Part shown: positions 63,430 through 64,000 of the stretch, piece after piece
Position numbering within the stretch: position 1 is the first letter of the stretch
How the letters are laid out: each line of letters starts with the position of its first letter
Source: Nitrospirota bacterium
Lineage (GTDB): Bacteria > Nitrospirota > Thermodesulfovibrionia > Thermodesulfovibrionales > Dissulfurispiraceae
NCBI GenBank assembly: GCA_040754455.1
Contig: JBFMCP010000003.1
Span: forward strand, 65,115 to 129,114
Direction: 5' to 3'
Length of the DNA stretch: 64,000 nucleotides
Notes under the pieces: generated by a model
Seen by the model: the letters and a program-made list of their open reading frames with translations, nothing else
Told to the model about the DNA's origin: nothing
The model's database searches: none
Position numbers and translations under genes: made by a program

Positions 63430-63458
63430 TTGACATATCAATAAAGTTTTGCTATTAT
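63430..63458 (+). promoter_or_regulatory. rrn P1-like promoter
   Basis: AT-rich UP region, TTGACA-17nt-TATTAT, boxA-like GCTCTTTGA at 63471. Confidence 0.75.
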
Positions 63459-63577
63459 AACAATTCACTCGCTCTTTGATTTATTTAGTACATAATCCTC
63501 GCACAGGGGAGCTCAAAAGAGCAGGGCTTATCCAGCGGTTCGTTAATTTTTGTTTAATTCCAAAAGATTGCGTCGTG

Positions 63578-63606
63578 TTGACTTGTCTAACCACTTTTGT
63601 TATTAT
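63578..63606 (+). promoter_or_regulatory. rrn P2-like promoter
   Basis: TTGACT-17nt-TATTAT, boxA-like GTTCTTTGA at 63618. Confidence 0.7.
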
Positions 63607-63650
63607 TGATTAAAGGCGTTCTTTGAGTTGTAAACTTGATTTATGTAAAT

Positions 63651-63821
63651 TCTCTGCAGTGCCTGTTGGTTCTAGCGAACTGAGGGAACATCAAGAGAAC
63701 GGGAGTAGGAGTTGATGTGGTGATGCAAGCCCCGGCAAGGCGCGGGGTAGCCTAAACATCAACCGAAGCACCCACTTAGATTGAAGCCTCTGTAAGTTCG
63801 GAATCAACGGCGCTGTGGGGA
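63651..63821 (+). ncRNA. ssrS: 6S RNA (SsrS)-like structure
   Basis: 171-nt rod with a 13-bp terminal stem (including G-U pairs), central bubble, GGGAG (63701), GCACCCAC (63768) and 3' AACGGCGC, as in Bacillus-type 6S RNAs. Confidence 0.72.
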
Positions 63822-63884
63822 TTTTTGTTCTTTGAAAACTAAAGGTAGATTTTGCCAAAGCTTTGTGAGAGTTTTCAGGAAAAG

Positions 63885-64000
63885 ACATTTGAGAGTTTGA
63901 TCCTGGCTCAGAACGAACGCTGGCGGCGTGCTTAACACATGCAAGTCGGACGGAGTTAGACGGCAGCACTCAGCAGTTAGCATTCAGCGATCAGCAAAGA
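63885..64000 (+). rRNA. rrs: 16S rRNA, 5' end (truncated by window)
   Basis: AGAGTTTGATCCTGGCTCAGAACGAACGCTGGCGGCGTGCTTAACACATGCAAGTCG. Confidence 0.98.

Overview
This is a chromosomal, mostly housekeeping window from a Gram-negative anaerobe of moderate GC. Gene content and order suggest Nitrospirota (Thermodesulfovibrionia-like); that placement is an inference. It is probably near the replication origin, given two parS sites, mnmG-rsmG and the start of an rRNA operon. Contents in order: 3' end of pilY1; bamA-skp-lpxD-fabZ-lpxA-lpxI; serS; a FliK-like/FlhB-C-like pair; a decayed accessory zone ending at tRNA-Met (higBA, att repeat, two-component gene debris); hisA-hisF; an HDOD/hybrid-kinase cluster; tolQRAB; tandem kup genes with a c-di-AMP riboswitch; moaC; mgtE-N/Nramp-mtnA-ispB-amrA; tRNA-Leu; comF-purA-serA; selA; hicBA; dgt; a PAP2-GT83 fusion/GT2/flippase cluster; an HDOD-degenerate bEBP; mnmG-rsmG; 5' end of 16S. 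Most notable observations: (1) a dispersed family of 7-nt (sometimes 8-nt) periodic inverted-repeat hairpins that fills intergenic gaps, sits in-frame in proteins (including the whole TolB signal peptide) and appears inside helix 6 (V1) of the 16S gene; (2) a 6S-RNA-like structure between the rrn promoters and 16S; (3) the PAP2-GT83 fusion; (4) a catalytically degenerate HDOD-AAA+ gene sharing a 21-bp bidirectional promoter region with mnmG. All calls come from reading the sequence by eye; no database searches were run.
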